A stretch of 42,362 nucleotides of DNA, from positions 1 through 42,362 of the IMG/VR virus record IMGVR_UViG_3300014208_000071, one strand, 5' to 3'. The notes beneath the pieces were generated by a model that made no database searches, was not told where the DNA came from, and saw nothing but the letters and a program-made list of their open reading frames with translations. Shown here in pieces: positions 1 to 8,711 of this stretch (position 1 is the first letter of the stretch; every line of letters starts with the position of its first letter). Source of the DNA: a virus. Its lineage: Duplodnaviria > Caudoviricetes. A program made the translations under genes and the position numbers.

Positions 1-132
1 ACGGTTCCGGTGACGGTTACGGTTCCGGTTCCGGTGACGGTTCCGGTGACGGTTACGGTTCCGGTTCCGGTGACGGTTACGGTTACGGTGACGGTTCCGG
101 TTACGGTTACGGTTCTGGTTCTGGTTCCGGTG
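1..132 (+). repeat. GGT-(TCC/GAC/TAC/TCT) hexamer coding repeat (Gly-Ser/Asp/Tyr)
   Basis: Directly visible 6-bp periodic repeat. Confidence 0.95.
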
Positions 133-578
133 TAAAATCCATAAACGGAAAGACCGTGTATATGATTGACGATGTACAAACCATCATTGATCATATACAT
201 ACGAACTATGCAAAAGGATCAATCCTTAATAAGGATCTTACTCAAACAGATTGCTACATAGCAAAAGTTGACGACTACTTTGCTCATAGCAAAACTCTAA
301 AAGAAGCATTTGCTGATGCTCAAAAGAAAGCCTTGCAAAATATGTCAGTAGAAGATCGAATCAAGATGTTTTTACAAAAGTTCTTACCAAATAAAAAGTA
401 TCCTGCAAAAGACTTCTTTGAATGGCATGGGATTCTTACCGGAAGCTGTAAATTTGGAAGACAATCGTTTGTGGAAAACAATGAAATTAATATGACTGCC
501 TCTTATACAATTGCTGAGTTTATTCAATTAACTAAAAATGCATACGGAGGTGATGTAATCAAACAGATAAAGATATAA
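3..578 (+). CDS. Gly-X repeat phage protein, 5' truncated by the window edge
   Basis: Frame 3 is open from position 3 (GSGDGYGSG...GVKSINGKTVYMIDD) and continues into ORF 156..578. The C-terminal WHGILTGSCKFGR motif is typical of this recurring phage family. Confidence 0.8.
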   Translation, partial: GSGDGYGSGSGDGSGDGYGSGSGDGYGYGDGSGYGYGSGSGSGVKSINGKTVYMIDDVQTIIDHIHTNYAKGSILNKDLTQTDCYIAKVDDYFAHSKTLKEAFADAQKKALQNMSVEDRIKMFLQKFLPNKKYPAKDFFEWHGILTGSCKFGRQSFVENNEINMTASYTIAEFIQLTKNAYGGDVIKQIKI

Positions 579-582
579 TTTT

Positions 583-630
583 AGTCCTGCTATGGAGTAA
601 GCGGTGGTTCGATTCCACCGCAGGACTCAA
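583..630 (+). ncRNA. tRNA-like minihelix (acceptor stem plus T-arm only)
   Basis: GTCCTGC (584-590) pairs with GCAGGAC (620-626). GGTGG-TTCGATT-CCACC (603-619) is a canonical T-arm. Only 12 nt replace the D and anticodon arms. Confidence 0.6.
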
Positions 631-718
631 ACTAATAAAACCGGAAAAAATATGAAACGGATAAAAATAGCAATCTGTATTGAACTAGTAGGAATATTAA
701 TACTAATCCTGGCATAAG

Positions 719-946
719 ATGAATACAATGATGCACAATGTAGATGGAACCCTGACCAAATATGCTTTCGCTTGTGGCTATGTCGAGAAGTTTGAAGGCA
801 GATTTGGATATTTGAAGTTGTATAGGGAACATAATACCTATCATCTGATCAAGTCCGAGAATTTAAAACCAGCTGTTTGGTTGTCTTTCGACAATCTTGG
901 TCCGGCAAAGAAACAATTTAACAAATTCAAAAAAGAAATAAAATGA
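719..946 (+). CDS. hypothetical protein
   Basis: ORF in a tightly packed + strand run with an ATGA overlap to the next gene. Confidence 0.7.
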   Translation: MNTMMHNVDGTLTKYAFACGYVEKFEGRFGYLKLYREHNTYHLIKSENLKPAVWLSFDNLGPAKKQFNKFKKEIK

Positions 947-1128
947 AAAAAATAAGAATAGTGCCCTTATTATTCTATACTTGGAGTGGTATTTTCTTTG
1001 GTAGTGCCCTAATTTGTATCATACAAAAGGATGATAAATGGTTTTCAAGAATGTGCGTATTCATCGCCTGTTTTGCATTGAGCATTATAATTGATTTGTT
1101 ATATGACATTAAAGACAAAATAAAATGA
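943..1128 (+). CDS. small 2-TM membrane protein
   Basis: Two hydrophobic stretches; ATGA overlaps at both ends. Confidence 0.65.
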   Translation: MKKIRIVPLLFYTWSGIFFGSALICIIQKDDKWFSRMCVFIACFALSIIIDLLYDIKDKIK

Positions 1129-1400
1129 AAACAAAACACACACCTGGACCATGGATAGTGGAACAACAACCAATGTTAACTATCTATTCTCTTAGAATAG
1201 AAAAAATGAACATAGAATTCATTTCAAATGAAGAAGCTGAAGCCAATCGTAAATTAATAGAATCTGCTCCAGAATTATTGAAAGCATTAATAACCAGCAT
1301 TGATATTGTAAGAGGATATCAATATGGACATAATTATGAAAGAAATTCCGTACAACTTATTAAACAGGTGGATTCTTTAATCAAAAAAATATTAATATGA
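1125..1400 (+). CDS. hypothetical phage protein (HTPGPW...AN.LI..APELL family)
   Basis: Recognisable recurring phage motifs. Confidence 0.75.
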   Translation: MKTKHTPGPWIVEQQPMLTIYSLRIEKMNIEFISNEEAEANRKLIESAPELLKALITSIDIVRGYQYGHNYERNSVQLIKQVDSLIKKILI

Positions 1401-1570
1401 AAAGCATAATCGTCCTAGATTGGCAAAAGTGGAAGTGGAAAATTCAAAAGAAAGTTCTGCCTCCAGAGCACCAAACACGGACTGGTAAACCAGTAAATGT
1501 TTTTAAATTTACCCCTGAATTAGAAAAGTATCTAATGGAGAATGAAATTAAATATACAATCCAGATTTGA
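1397..1570 (+). CDS. 57-aa hypothetical protein (not in ORF track)
   Basis: MKSIIVLDWQKWKW...YTIQI*; ATGA overlap with the upstream gene; ends 1 nt before ATG 1572. Confidence 0.6.
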   Translation: MKSIIVLDWQKWKWKIQKKVLPPEHQTRTGKPVNVFKFTPELEKYLMENEIKYTIQI

Positions 1571-1571
1571 A

Positions 1572-3221
1572 ATGGAAAAGATCGTTAGACGAAATGCGTA
1601 CTTAGCAAAATACCGATCCACTGGAGAATATGTCATAAAGATAGACTTTGATTTCAACTATGACGATTTGTCCAGGGTGAAAGGTTTGCTTGTACGTCAG
1701 TACCACGCTGATGAATATGGAAAGTATTGGACTACTCCTTTGACGGAAGAAACTTTATTGAAGTTGATTGAATGGAAATATACTATTGATTCTCGATTGA
1801 CCGATTTTCTTTCAGAACAAAAGAAATTGAATACATTTGAAGAAGTATCTGTTCCAATTAAGATACCTGGCTTGAAAGGGAAATTGTTTCCGTATCAAGG
1901 CGGAGGAGTATCTTTCTTGGAAAGTAGAAATGGTAGGGCTTTGATTGCTGACGAACAGGGTTTGGGAAAAACTATTCAAGCACTCGCTTATTTGGAACTT
2001 CATCCTGAAATACGTCCTGCGTTGATTGTATGTCCAAAGTCAGTAAAACTGAATTGGGAAAGGGAAGCAAACAAGTGGATGTCTAATCCCAAAGTACAAG
2101 TGATTGTTACTTCCAGGGACAAGTTGCTTAAAAGCAAAGAAATATTCATAGTCAACTACGATATTTTGAATGCCTGCTTACCTATGTTTGCTAAATTACA
2201 TCCTACAATTCTAATTGGGGATGAGATTCAAAAGATTAAATCGAATACAGCTCGAAGAACAAAGGCTTTTAAAAGGATTGCTAAAACCGTTCCTCACCTG
2301 ATCGCTTTATCCGGTACTCCAGTGATGAATAGACCTATTGAAATATTCAATGCAGTTAATTTGATTAACTGTAATGCTATTCCTCCATATTGGGTTTATG
2401 TGAAAGAGTTTTGTAATGCCAAGCACAACGGATATGGTTGGGACTTCAATGGATCTAGTAATACGGAAAAGCTCCACCAAATGTTAACCTCCACGGTAAT
2501 GATTCGCAGATTGAAGAAAGATGTATTGAAAGATTTACCGAACAAAATCTACTCCATAGTTCCTATGGAAATAGACAATGAAAATGAATACTTTAAAGCA
2601 GAAAATCATTTCATATCCTATATAAAGGAAACAAAAGGACAGATTGCTGCTATCAAAGCAGCTGGCGCTGAGGTCCTTACTCAAATAGAATCCTTGAAAC
2701 AGTTAGCTGTAATCGGAAAATTAAATGAATCTATCGAATGGATAAAGGATTTTCTAGAAGGTAATCAGAAATTAGTTATCTTCGCTGTACATAAATTCGT
2801 AATAGATACTTTGATGACTGCTTTTCCAGATATATCTGTAAAGATTGATGGTTCTGTAAATATGTATGATCGGGATAAAGCCGTACAAAGTTTTCAAAAC
2901 GATCCTAAAATAAAACTATTTGTAGGAAACATTCAAGCAGCAGGAGTTGGAATAACTTTGACAGCAGCAAGTAATGTAATTGTTCTGGAATATCCTTGGT
3001 CTCCATCTGAGATAGATCAAGCAATAGATCGGCTTCACCGGATCGGTCAAAAAGAATCCGTGACGGTACATTATTTACTTGCCAATGGAACCATAGAAGA
3101 GAGAATAGCAAAGTTGCTTGACCACAAGAGGAAAGTAGTTACAAGTATCCTTGACGGACAAGCCGTGGAACAGGAAAGTCTACTAAGTGAATTGTTGAAA
3201 GAATATCGTAATTCAAACTAA
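1572..3221 (+). CDS. SNF2/SMARCAL1-like helicase
   Basis: ADEQGLGKT, GDEIQ, LSGTP, GVGITLTAA and QAIDRLHRIGQ motifs. Start placed at 1572 because the upstream small ORF ends at 1570. Confidence 0.92.
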   Translation: MEKIVRRNAYLAKYRSTGEYVIKIDFDFNYDDLSRVKGLLVRQYHADEYGKYWTTPLTEETLLKLIEWKYTIDSRLTDFLSEQKKLNTFEEVSVPIKIPGLKGKLFPYQGGGVSFLESRNGRALIADEQGLGKTIQALAYLELHPEIRPALIVCPKSVKLNWEREANKWMSNPKVQVIVTSRDKLLKSKEIFIVNYDILNACLPMFAKLHPTILIGDEIQKIKSNTARRTKAFKRIAKTVPHLIALSGTPVMNRPIEIFNAVNLINCNAIPPYWVYVKEFCNAKHNGYGWDFNGSSNTEKLHQMLTSTVMIRRLKKDVLKDLPNKIYSIVPMEIDNENEYFKAENHFISYIKETKGQIAAIKAAGAEVLTQIESLKQLAVIGKLNESIEWIKDFLEGNQKLVIFAVHKFVIDTLMTAFPDISVKIDGSVNMYDRDKAVQSFQNDPKIKLFVGNIQAAGVGITLTAASNVIVLEYPWSPSEIDQAIDRLHRIGQKESVTVHYLLANGTIEERIAKLLDHKRKVVTSILDGQAVEQESLLSELLKEYRNSN

Positions 3222-3228
3222 AACCTTT

Positions 3229-3399
3229 ATGAAAACTAAAGACACTAAAAGATCCAAAGCCCAAAGAAGTTTCTCCTTTCAAATCAAGAAGGCATCTAAG
3301 TGCCGGCATGAAAAATGGCTTGTAAGTTGTTTTTCCTGTTCCGAAAGAGAGGATTGCCCAATTCAGAAACTTATCGACAAAGCAAGAGATGAAATGTAA
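3229..3399 (+). CDS. 56-aa basic Cys-rich protein (not in ORF track)
   Basis: MKTKDTKRSK...CRHEKWLVSCFSCSEREDCPIQ...; fills the gap and ends 1 nt before the sigma ATG. Confidence 0.6.
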   Translation: MKTKDTKRSKAQRSFSFQIKKASKCRHEKWLVSCFSCSEREDCPIQKLIDKARDEM

Positions 3400-3400
3400 T

Positions 3401-3871
3401 ATGAAAGACTTAAAATTAATTTCCAAAATAGCTCGTTCATTCCACGCAACTACTGGAATAGACTATGCTGAATTGTTTAGTGAAGCTTCACTAGCCTACT
3501 GTGAAGCCAAACGATCTTTTGATGTTGAAAAAGGATACGCTTTTTCTACCTATGCTTGGAAAGTTATAAATCATTCTTTAGTGAATTTCATACGGAGTGA
3601 AAAGAAAGTACCTCTACCTTTTTCAAAAGTATCTGCTACAATTCCAGATACCATAGTAACCTTTCAACCTGAGATAGATGAATTTTATGAAACTTTAAAT
3701 CCTCTTTGTAAAGAATTAGTTTCCGTGATTTTGAATCATTTAGAAGAAATCCCTGAAGACCTGATTCCAAGACTAGCCAGAGGTAAAATATTTACTATTC
3801 TTCGGAAAGAAGGATGGAGTAGACCTAAGATTTGGAACGGAATTCGAGAAATGAAATTAGCTGTATCCTAA
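3401..3871 (+). CDS. phage RNA polymerase sigma factor (sigma-70 region 2-like)
   Basis: LISKIARSF...ELFSEASLAYCEAKRSFDVEKGYAFSTYAWKVI is a region-2 signature. Confidence 0.85.
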   Translation: MKDLKLISKIARSFHATTGIDYAELFSEASLAYCEAKRSFDVEKGYAFSTYAWKVINHSLVNFIRSEKKVPLPFSKVSATIPDTIVTFQPEIDEFYETLNPLCKELVSVILNHLEEIPEDLIPRLARGKIFTILRKEGWSRPKIWNGIREMKLAVS

Positions 3872-3898
3872 AATCAAGGAGCCTATTTCCGTATAATA
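3871..3898 (+). promoter_or_regulatory. putative phage-sigma promoter P1 (AAATCA-N13-CGTATAATA)
   Basis: Same motif with identical spacing at 14881 and 25750; all three are intergenic at operon starts. Confidence 0.7.
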
Positions 3899-3913
3899 AT
3901 TTAAAACCCTCCC

Positions 3914-4819
3914 GTGAATATTCTACAACTATATTTAGATTATTCTATTCCCGTAGCTCCTGAAGGACATAAACACAACCGTCCTGGATGGATAAATGTA
4001 GAATGTCCTTTCTGTTCAGGAAATGAAGGATTTCATCTAGGAGCTACTTTGGACGGTAGAATTTTCAAATGTTTTAGATGCGGAATACATTGGCCAAACG
4101 AAGTAGTTTCAAAGCTACTTAAAATTACCCAGTTTGATGCCGATAAACTGATTAAAGAGTATGCCGGTACATCTTATACAGATAAACAGGTAATAACCCG
4201 TAAAATCCAATCAAAAGCACATAAATTGCCATCTAACACTTCTCCTTTAACTCCTTCTCATTATTCTTATCTAAGAAAAAGGAAATTTGATCCTGAACAA
4301 CTAGAATATGATTGGAATTTGATAAGTACTGGCCCTATTTCTATGCTAGATTCTTTGGACTATTCTCATCGAATAGTTGCTCCAATTTATTGGGAAGGGT
4401 TACAGGTGTCTTTTCAATCAAGAGATGTAACGAATAAACATTCTTTGAAATATCTGTCCTGTCCTGAAGATCGGGAATTAATTCACTACAAACATTTGAT
4501 CTACCGTCATCCAAAGGAAAAATCTGAAGTTGGAATTTGTGTTGAAGGAATTACCGATGTTTGGAGGTTTGGACGATCTTCTTTTGCCACTTTTGGAATA
4601 GGATATACTCGTCAACAAGTACGATTGATTTCTAAGATTTTTAAAAGAGTAGGAGTATGTTTTGACGGAGATGAAGTTCAAGCTAAACAAGCAGCGAATC
4701 AATTAATTGGAGATTTAAGGTTCCGGGGAGTAGATGCATTTAGAATTGATATTGTAGGAGATCCAGGAGCAATGGATCAAAGTAAAGCAGATTATATCGT
4801 TAAACAAATAATACATTAA
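3914..4819 (+). CDS. DNA primase (Zn finger plus TOPRIM)
   Basis: CPFC...CFRC zinc finger; VEGITD and CFDGD TOPRIM motifs; GTG start. Confidence 0.88.
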   Translation: MNILQLYLDYSIPVAPEGHKHNRPGWINVECPFCSGNEGFHLGATLDGRIFKCFRCGIHWPNEVVSKLLKITQFDADKLIKEYAGTSYTDKQVITRKIQSKAHKLPSNTSPLTPSHYSYLRKRKFDPEQLEYDWNLISTGPISMLDSLDYSHRIVAPIYWEGLQVSFQSRDVTNKHSLKYLSCPEDRELIHYKHLIYRHPKEKSEVGICVEGITDVWRFGRSSFATFGIGYTRQQVRLISKIFKRVGVCFDGDEVQAKQAANQLIGDLRFRGVDAFRIDIVGDPGAMDQSKADYIVKQIIH

Positions 4820-4823
4820 CCAA

Positions 4824-5537
4824 ATGTGCAAATTCTTTTCATTCGTAACTGATGGTAAGACCAACCGTTTCTTCTTCAATGATGAAAAAAGGTCTGAACT
4901 AATCCAGTCAAACCCTGAAGACTATAACTTTGATAGTCATTCAAGTATTTGTAAACTCTTCAATTTGAAAGAGGATAACTCAAATAAATATGAGTTCAAT
5001 CCTTTAACAGGTGAGTTTACAGTAGATCAGATTAATAACAAGTCAGATGACCATGCTTTAGCCGAAAAATGGGTTAGGGCTTTAAATTTCAAAACCGTTG
5101 TCAAAGAATTGGTTTTGAAACCTATCATTCATCCATTCCAAATTGATCCGCCTGAAATCAATGAAACACATATTGAACTATTAAAACAATGGAATTCAGT
5201 ATGGGATTCAGTATGGGATTCAGTAGGGGATTCAGTATGGGATTCAGTAAGGGATTCAGTATGGGATTCAGTAAGGGATTCAGTAGGGGATTCAGTAGGG
5301 GATTCAGTAAGGGATTCAGTAAGGGATTCAGTAGGGGATTCAGTATGGGATTCAGTATGGGCTTATAATTCATCATTTTTTATCTTAAATGGATGGAAAT
5401 ATACCGATGCTATCGGAGGTATTAATCCATTTCAACCCTGTATTGATCTTTGGGAACAGGGAATTGTCCCTTCGTTTGATGGTAAAACTTGGCGACTGCA
5501 TACAAAAAACGGAATTGCTTGGGAGGGAAAATTGTGA
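4824..5537 (+). CDS. hypothetical protein with (W/G/R)DSV tetrapeptide repeats
   Basis: ORF spanning a 12-bp tandem array. Confidence 0.8.
   Translation: MCKFFSFVTDGKTNRFFFNDEKRSELIQSNPEDYNFDSHSSICKLFNLKEDNSNKYEFNPLTGEFTVDQINNKSDDHALAEKWVRALNFKTVVKELVLKPIIHPFQIDPPEINETHIELLKQWNSVWDSVWDSVGDSVWDSVRDSVWDSVRDSVGDSVGDSVRDSVRDSVGDSVWDSVWAYNSSFFILNGWKYTDAIGGINPFQPCIDLWEQGIVPSFDGKTWRLHTKNGIAWEGKL
5190..5360 (+). repeat. 14 x 12-bp tandem repeat (T/G/A)GGGATTCAGTA
   Basis: Directly visible; units differ almost only at the first base. Confidence 0.97.
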
Positions 5538-5776
5538 AAACAGAAAACGACATTATTTTCCTCATAGAAAAAGGTTAGATTGACCCTATGGAAAATAGAG
5601 AAGCTGACGGATATGAACCTTTTGCCTATACAGAAACAGAAACAGAAGCAATAGTCTTTTGTGAATCTCAAGGATTCTGGACAGAGAAACACTGCTGGTC
5701 TATTTCGTTTATGAAGGATAAAAGAATGGCCAAATATAAATATCGTAGAATAAAAAGATTAACAGTCAAGATATGA
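5534..5776 (+). pseudogene. hypothetical gene with in-frame TAG at 5576 (downstream part is ORF 5588..5776)
   Basis: GTG at 5534 overlaps the upstream TGA and is in frame with ATG 5588; one TAG lies between them. Confidence 0.5.
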
Positions 5777-6105
5777 AAACCTACATTACAGCAAAACCAA
5801 TTTCTTTAACCAAAGAACAACAAGATCGACTAATTGAAATGTCCACAGAGCTATTTCCTGATCGAGAATGGGAAATGAAAGGATACAAAATTCATCACGA
5901 AGAAACTGAATTAGAAGAAAAAGAATATTTGGAATTTAGTATGCATTGGATGGAATTTTTACTCTACAAACTTATTCCTACTTTTAGCAAGAGATTTGGA
6001 CCAATTACCCTGACTTGGAATATGAAGAACTTTCAAAAAGAAAGTATTAATATGATTGACGAATTCTATGAAAAATACTTTAAACCCTTCTACGATGAAA
6101 ATTAG
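5773..6105 (+). CDS. hypothetical protein
   Basis: Packed ORF with ATGA overlap. Confidence 0.7.
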   Translation: MKTYITAKPISLTKEQQDRLIEMSTELFPDREWEMKGYKIHHEETELEEKEYLEFSMHWMEFLLYKLIPTFSKRFGPITLTWNMKNFQKESINMIDEFYEKYFKPFYDEN

Positions 6106-6268
6106 TCCTGAACAAATCCAAGAAGAAACCAATGCCTACTACGGCAGTCAGAACGCTAAGCATTGGCAAGAGATTTCTAATCAACTACGAAGTCCTATCA
6201 GCGCCTTGTTTTCTGTATTTAAATGGTTCTTAAATTTGATTTGTAAAAAGCATGAAAGAGCAAATTGA
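6095..6268 (+). CDS. hypothetical protein
   Basis: Internal ATG of ORF 6056..6268 gives minimal overlap with the upstream gene. Confidence 0.5.
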   Translation: MKISPEQIQEETNAYYGSQNAKHWQEISNQLRSPISALFSVFKWFLNLICKKHERAN

Positions 6269-6401
6269 ATTTACCGTAAGTCACATGAAAGAAGGAAAAA
6301 TAGTGACAGAGATTTTTGTGATGTTCCGTGAGGAATTTGAAAAACTGTATAAAACATTAACTCATCCTACCATTATTTCATCTATAAAACTAAAGAAATG
6401 A
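6252..6401 (+). CDS. 49-aa hypothetical protein (not in ORF track)
   Basis: MKEQIEFTVSHMKEG...; ends in an ATGA overlap with 6398. Confidence 0.5.
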   Translation: MKEQIEFTVSHMKEGKIVTEIFVMFREEFEKLYKTLTHPTIISSIKLKK

Positions 6402-6625
6402 AAATCATAATCTTAGAAAAACTAGCTGAAGCACCTGATCCAAAACATCCAAATAATATTCCTGTAGGAGAGATCCATGAAGGAATGTTTAGAACTCCAC
6501 CAACTGTAGGAGATGCCTTTTGGGTAGGCTTTCATTGGAGAACCAGTCCGGTAGTAGAAATACTATCAGACAATACTTTCCGTACCTTAAATTCCATCTA
6601 TAAATGGACTGTTAAAGAAACATGA
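6398..6625 (+). CDS. hypothetical protein (WRTSPV...TFRTLNSIY family)
   Basis: Packed ORF with a recurring phage motif. Confidence 0.7.
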   Translation: MKIIILEKLAEAPDPKHPNNIPVGEIHEGMFRTPPTVGDAFWVGFHWRTSPVVEILSDNTFRTLNSIYKWTVKET

Positions 6626-6626
6626 A

Positions 6627-6746
6627 ATGAACAATCTACAGATGGAAGGATACGGTGCCACTACCCTACTTTGGGCACTGATATTTATTGCTGTTGGTGT
6701 GCTTATTGACTAGTGGTTACGAAAAACTAAAAATAAAGACGAATGA
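6627..6746 (+). pseudogene. small membrane ORF with in-frame TAG at 6711
   Basis: Read-through gives ...LID*WLRKTKNKDE with its TGA overlapping ATG 6743. Confidence 0.4.
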
Positions 6747-7054
6747 AAATAGAAGGTAATGTAAGAGGATTCGCTACCGGCAGATTTAAAGATCGGTATG
6801 GAGTGAATTGCTCTATTCAAAAATCAAGTGCAGCAATGGAAGATTGTATTTGGTTGGGAGTCGATGATGCTAATCCGCAAATAATGGCAAGTCAAGCGAA
6901 ACAATTTGGAATACAGACAAATGAAATTACAGGATGGATACCATACCCAATTCCTGATGAAGTATTTTTAACTACTCGTATGCATTTAACACAAAAACAA
7001 GTAGCAGACTTATTACCTTTTTTACAAAAATTTGTAGCAACGGGGGAATTATGA
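6743..7054 (+). CDS. conserved phage hypothetical protein
   Basis: RGF..FKDRYG..CSIQKSS..IWLG..TRMHLT motif pattern. Confidence 0.8.
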   Translation: MKIEGNVRGFATGRFKDRYGVNCSIQKSSAAMEDCIWLGVDDANPQIMASQAKQFGIQTNEITGWIPYPIPDEVFLTTRMHLTQKQVADLLPFLQKFVATGEL

Positions 7055-7176
7055 AAAAACTAATTAAATTCTTCAAAGACATCGACCACTTTTGGTACGT
7101 GATGTTCTTTGGTTTGGCATTCCTGATCGGGATATTAACTTGGGTGACCCTTTACATTATGAAAGGAGGTCACTAA
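7051..7176 (+). CDS. 41-aa membrane peptide (not in ORF track)
   Basis: One hydrophobic helix; ATGA and TAATG overlaps. Confidence 0.55.
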   Translation: MKKLIKFFKDIDHFWYVMFFGLAFLIGILTWVTLYIMKGGH

Positions 7177-7466
7177 TGGATCGGAAATACGGACAAAAGC
7201 AAGACTTAATAATTAAGAATCTTGCTATGATGCGGAAAAAGATTGCTGACTTTCAGAAACGAATCAGCGACTTTCAAACCCAGGAACTAGGAGTTGAGGT
7301 ACAGCCTATCAACCTAGCAAAAGAACTATCACCGGACAAGCCTAAAAATGTATTTGAATCCATAGAACAAGAATCAGATGGAATCAATGCTCAGTTAGAC
7401 TTTCTAGGAGAAACTATAAAGCAGTTGGAAAATAGTATTAATCCAGAAATACATGAACGATTATAA
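7176..7466 (+). CDS. coiled-coil hypothetical protein
   Basis: ATG 7176 follows GGAGG and is in frame with ORF 7092..7466. Confidence 0.65.
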   Translation: MDRKYGQKQDLIIKNLAMMRKKIADFQKRISDFQTQELGVEVQPINLAKELSPDKPKNVFESIEQESDGINAQLDFLGETIKQLENSINPEIHERL

Positions 7467-7686
7467 GCAATATAAGTGATATGGCAAATCTTTCGAAATG
7501 ATATTACAATTACAAACTAATCTTGAAAAAGGATTAAATTGTGCAGTAGCATCCATGAATCCAGAAAGATTTAAACGTGATTTTGAGTATGTTACGGGAT
7601 TAAAATTAAAATTAGAAAATAATGATTCCGGTAAACCTATTTATACAGCCTCACTTGATAAATCAAAAACAAATAAACCGATATGA
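7453..7686 (+). pseudogene. hypothetical gene with in-frame TGA at 7477 (downstream part is ORF 7498..7686)
   Basis: MNDYKQYK*YGKSFEMILQL... reads in one frame. Confidence 0.45.
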
Positions 7687-8096
7687 ACAAGCAAGAAAGA
7701 GAAAAACTCATAATCGCAAAAGTGATTGAGTTTATGGAATTTGAGTATATGGGCATTCTTGATCGAAGGGAATCCTGTAAACTTGTTGTTCCGCTATTTA
7801 TCGAATCCGAAGCCTACCAATCCATCCCACAAGTTGACCAGCCCGACCCAAAGCCGGAATGGATCAGCGTAGAAGATGAACTCGAAAGAGCCAAAGCAAA
7901 GCATCCTGATTTTCCTATTGATATGTTTCGACAACTTGCTATCATGCAAGAAGAAGCCGGAGAAGTAACGAAGGCTGTTTTGCACTATCATTACGAAGGT
8001 GGAACGCTTGACCACGTTAGGGAAGAATTAATCCAAACGGCTGCTATGTGTATGAGAATGCTTCAGAACTTACCCACCCCACCAAAGAAAGGATAG
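7683..8096 (+). CDS. MazG-like all-alpha NTP pyrophosphohydrolase domain protein
   Basis: EEAGEV...REELIQTAAM motif. Confidence 0.7.
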   Translation: MNKQEREKLIIAKVIEFMEFEYMGILDRRESCKLVVPLFIESEAYQSIPQVDQPDPKPEWISVEDELERAKAKHPDFPIDMFRQLAIMQEEAGEVTKAVLHYHYEGGTLDHVREELIQTAAMCMRMLQNLPTPPKKG

Positions 8097-8098
8097 CC

Positions 8099-8338
8099 AT
8101 GAAAAGTTATTTTTCGGGTAGGCATAAATGGAATGGTAGGGTTGGGAACAGTATTGACGACTTGGTTGTTGCTTGCGTTTACTGTGGTTGTGTAAAGCAA
8201 ACGGTCAAAGGATACCCTACTTATTTTATAAACGACATTGTATATGATAAAATTGCGCCAAAGTGTGCTGGACAAATTACGATTAATGAGCGTATGGACG
8301 CCATAAATAAAGTAACTCCGAAAGGAGGGAAGGAGTAA
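8099..8338 (+). CDS. small Cys/His (Zn-ribbon-like) protein
   Basis: HKW...CVYCGC...C; internal ATG 8099 of ORF 8048..8338. Confidence 0.6.
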   Translation: MKSYFSGRHKWNGRVGNSIDDLVVACVYCGCVKQTVKGYPTYFINDIVYDKIAPKCAGQITINERMDAINKVTPKGGKE

Positions 8339-8339
8339 C

Positions 8340-8576
8340 ATGACACAACCACCTAAACTCACAATTTCATCTACCATAAAATATGATCTTGATTTCTATT
8401 TTGGCAAGCCGACAACAATTAGGTTTATCGTAAATAATGAATACGAAAATGAAATTTATTGTCCAAAAGGTTGGGATCGGCAATCATACGTAAGAACTAT
8501 TGCTGACACACTTCTGATGTATGATAACGTAAAAACATTGCATATTGTAAGTATTTCGGAAACAATAAAGAATTAA
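8340..8576 (+). CDS. hypothetical protein
   Basis: Packed ORF. Confidence 0.6.
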   Translation: MTQPPKLTISSTIKYDLDFYFGKPTTIRFIVNNEYENEIYCPKGWDRQSYVRTIADTLLMYDNVKTLHIVSISETIKN

Positions 8577-8579
8577 CCA

Positions 8580-8708
8580 ATGGACAAAGAAGAATTGATT
8601 GAATTGTTTGACCGGTATCTTAACGAGATCGGTAAGTATTATTCTTTCCAAGAATGGATTGAAAAACAGGGGTATTCAATGTCGGAATTAGGATTTAAGG
8701 AGGAATAA
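8580..8708 (+). CDS. 42-aa acidic peptide (not in ORF track)
   Basis: MDKEELIELFDRYLNEIG...; fills the gap between neighbours. Confidence 0.5.
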   Translation: MDKEELIELFDRYLNEIGKYYSFQEWIEKQGYSMSELGFKEE

Positions 8709-8711
8709 CCA

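Noticed and set aside
5190-5360. CRISPR array or DGR variable repeat
   Set aside because: The units are contiguous 12-mers with no spacers and lie in frame within a CDS; no reverse transcriptase or template repeat is visible.
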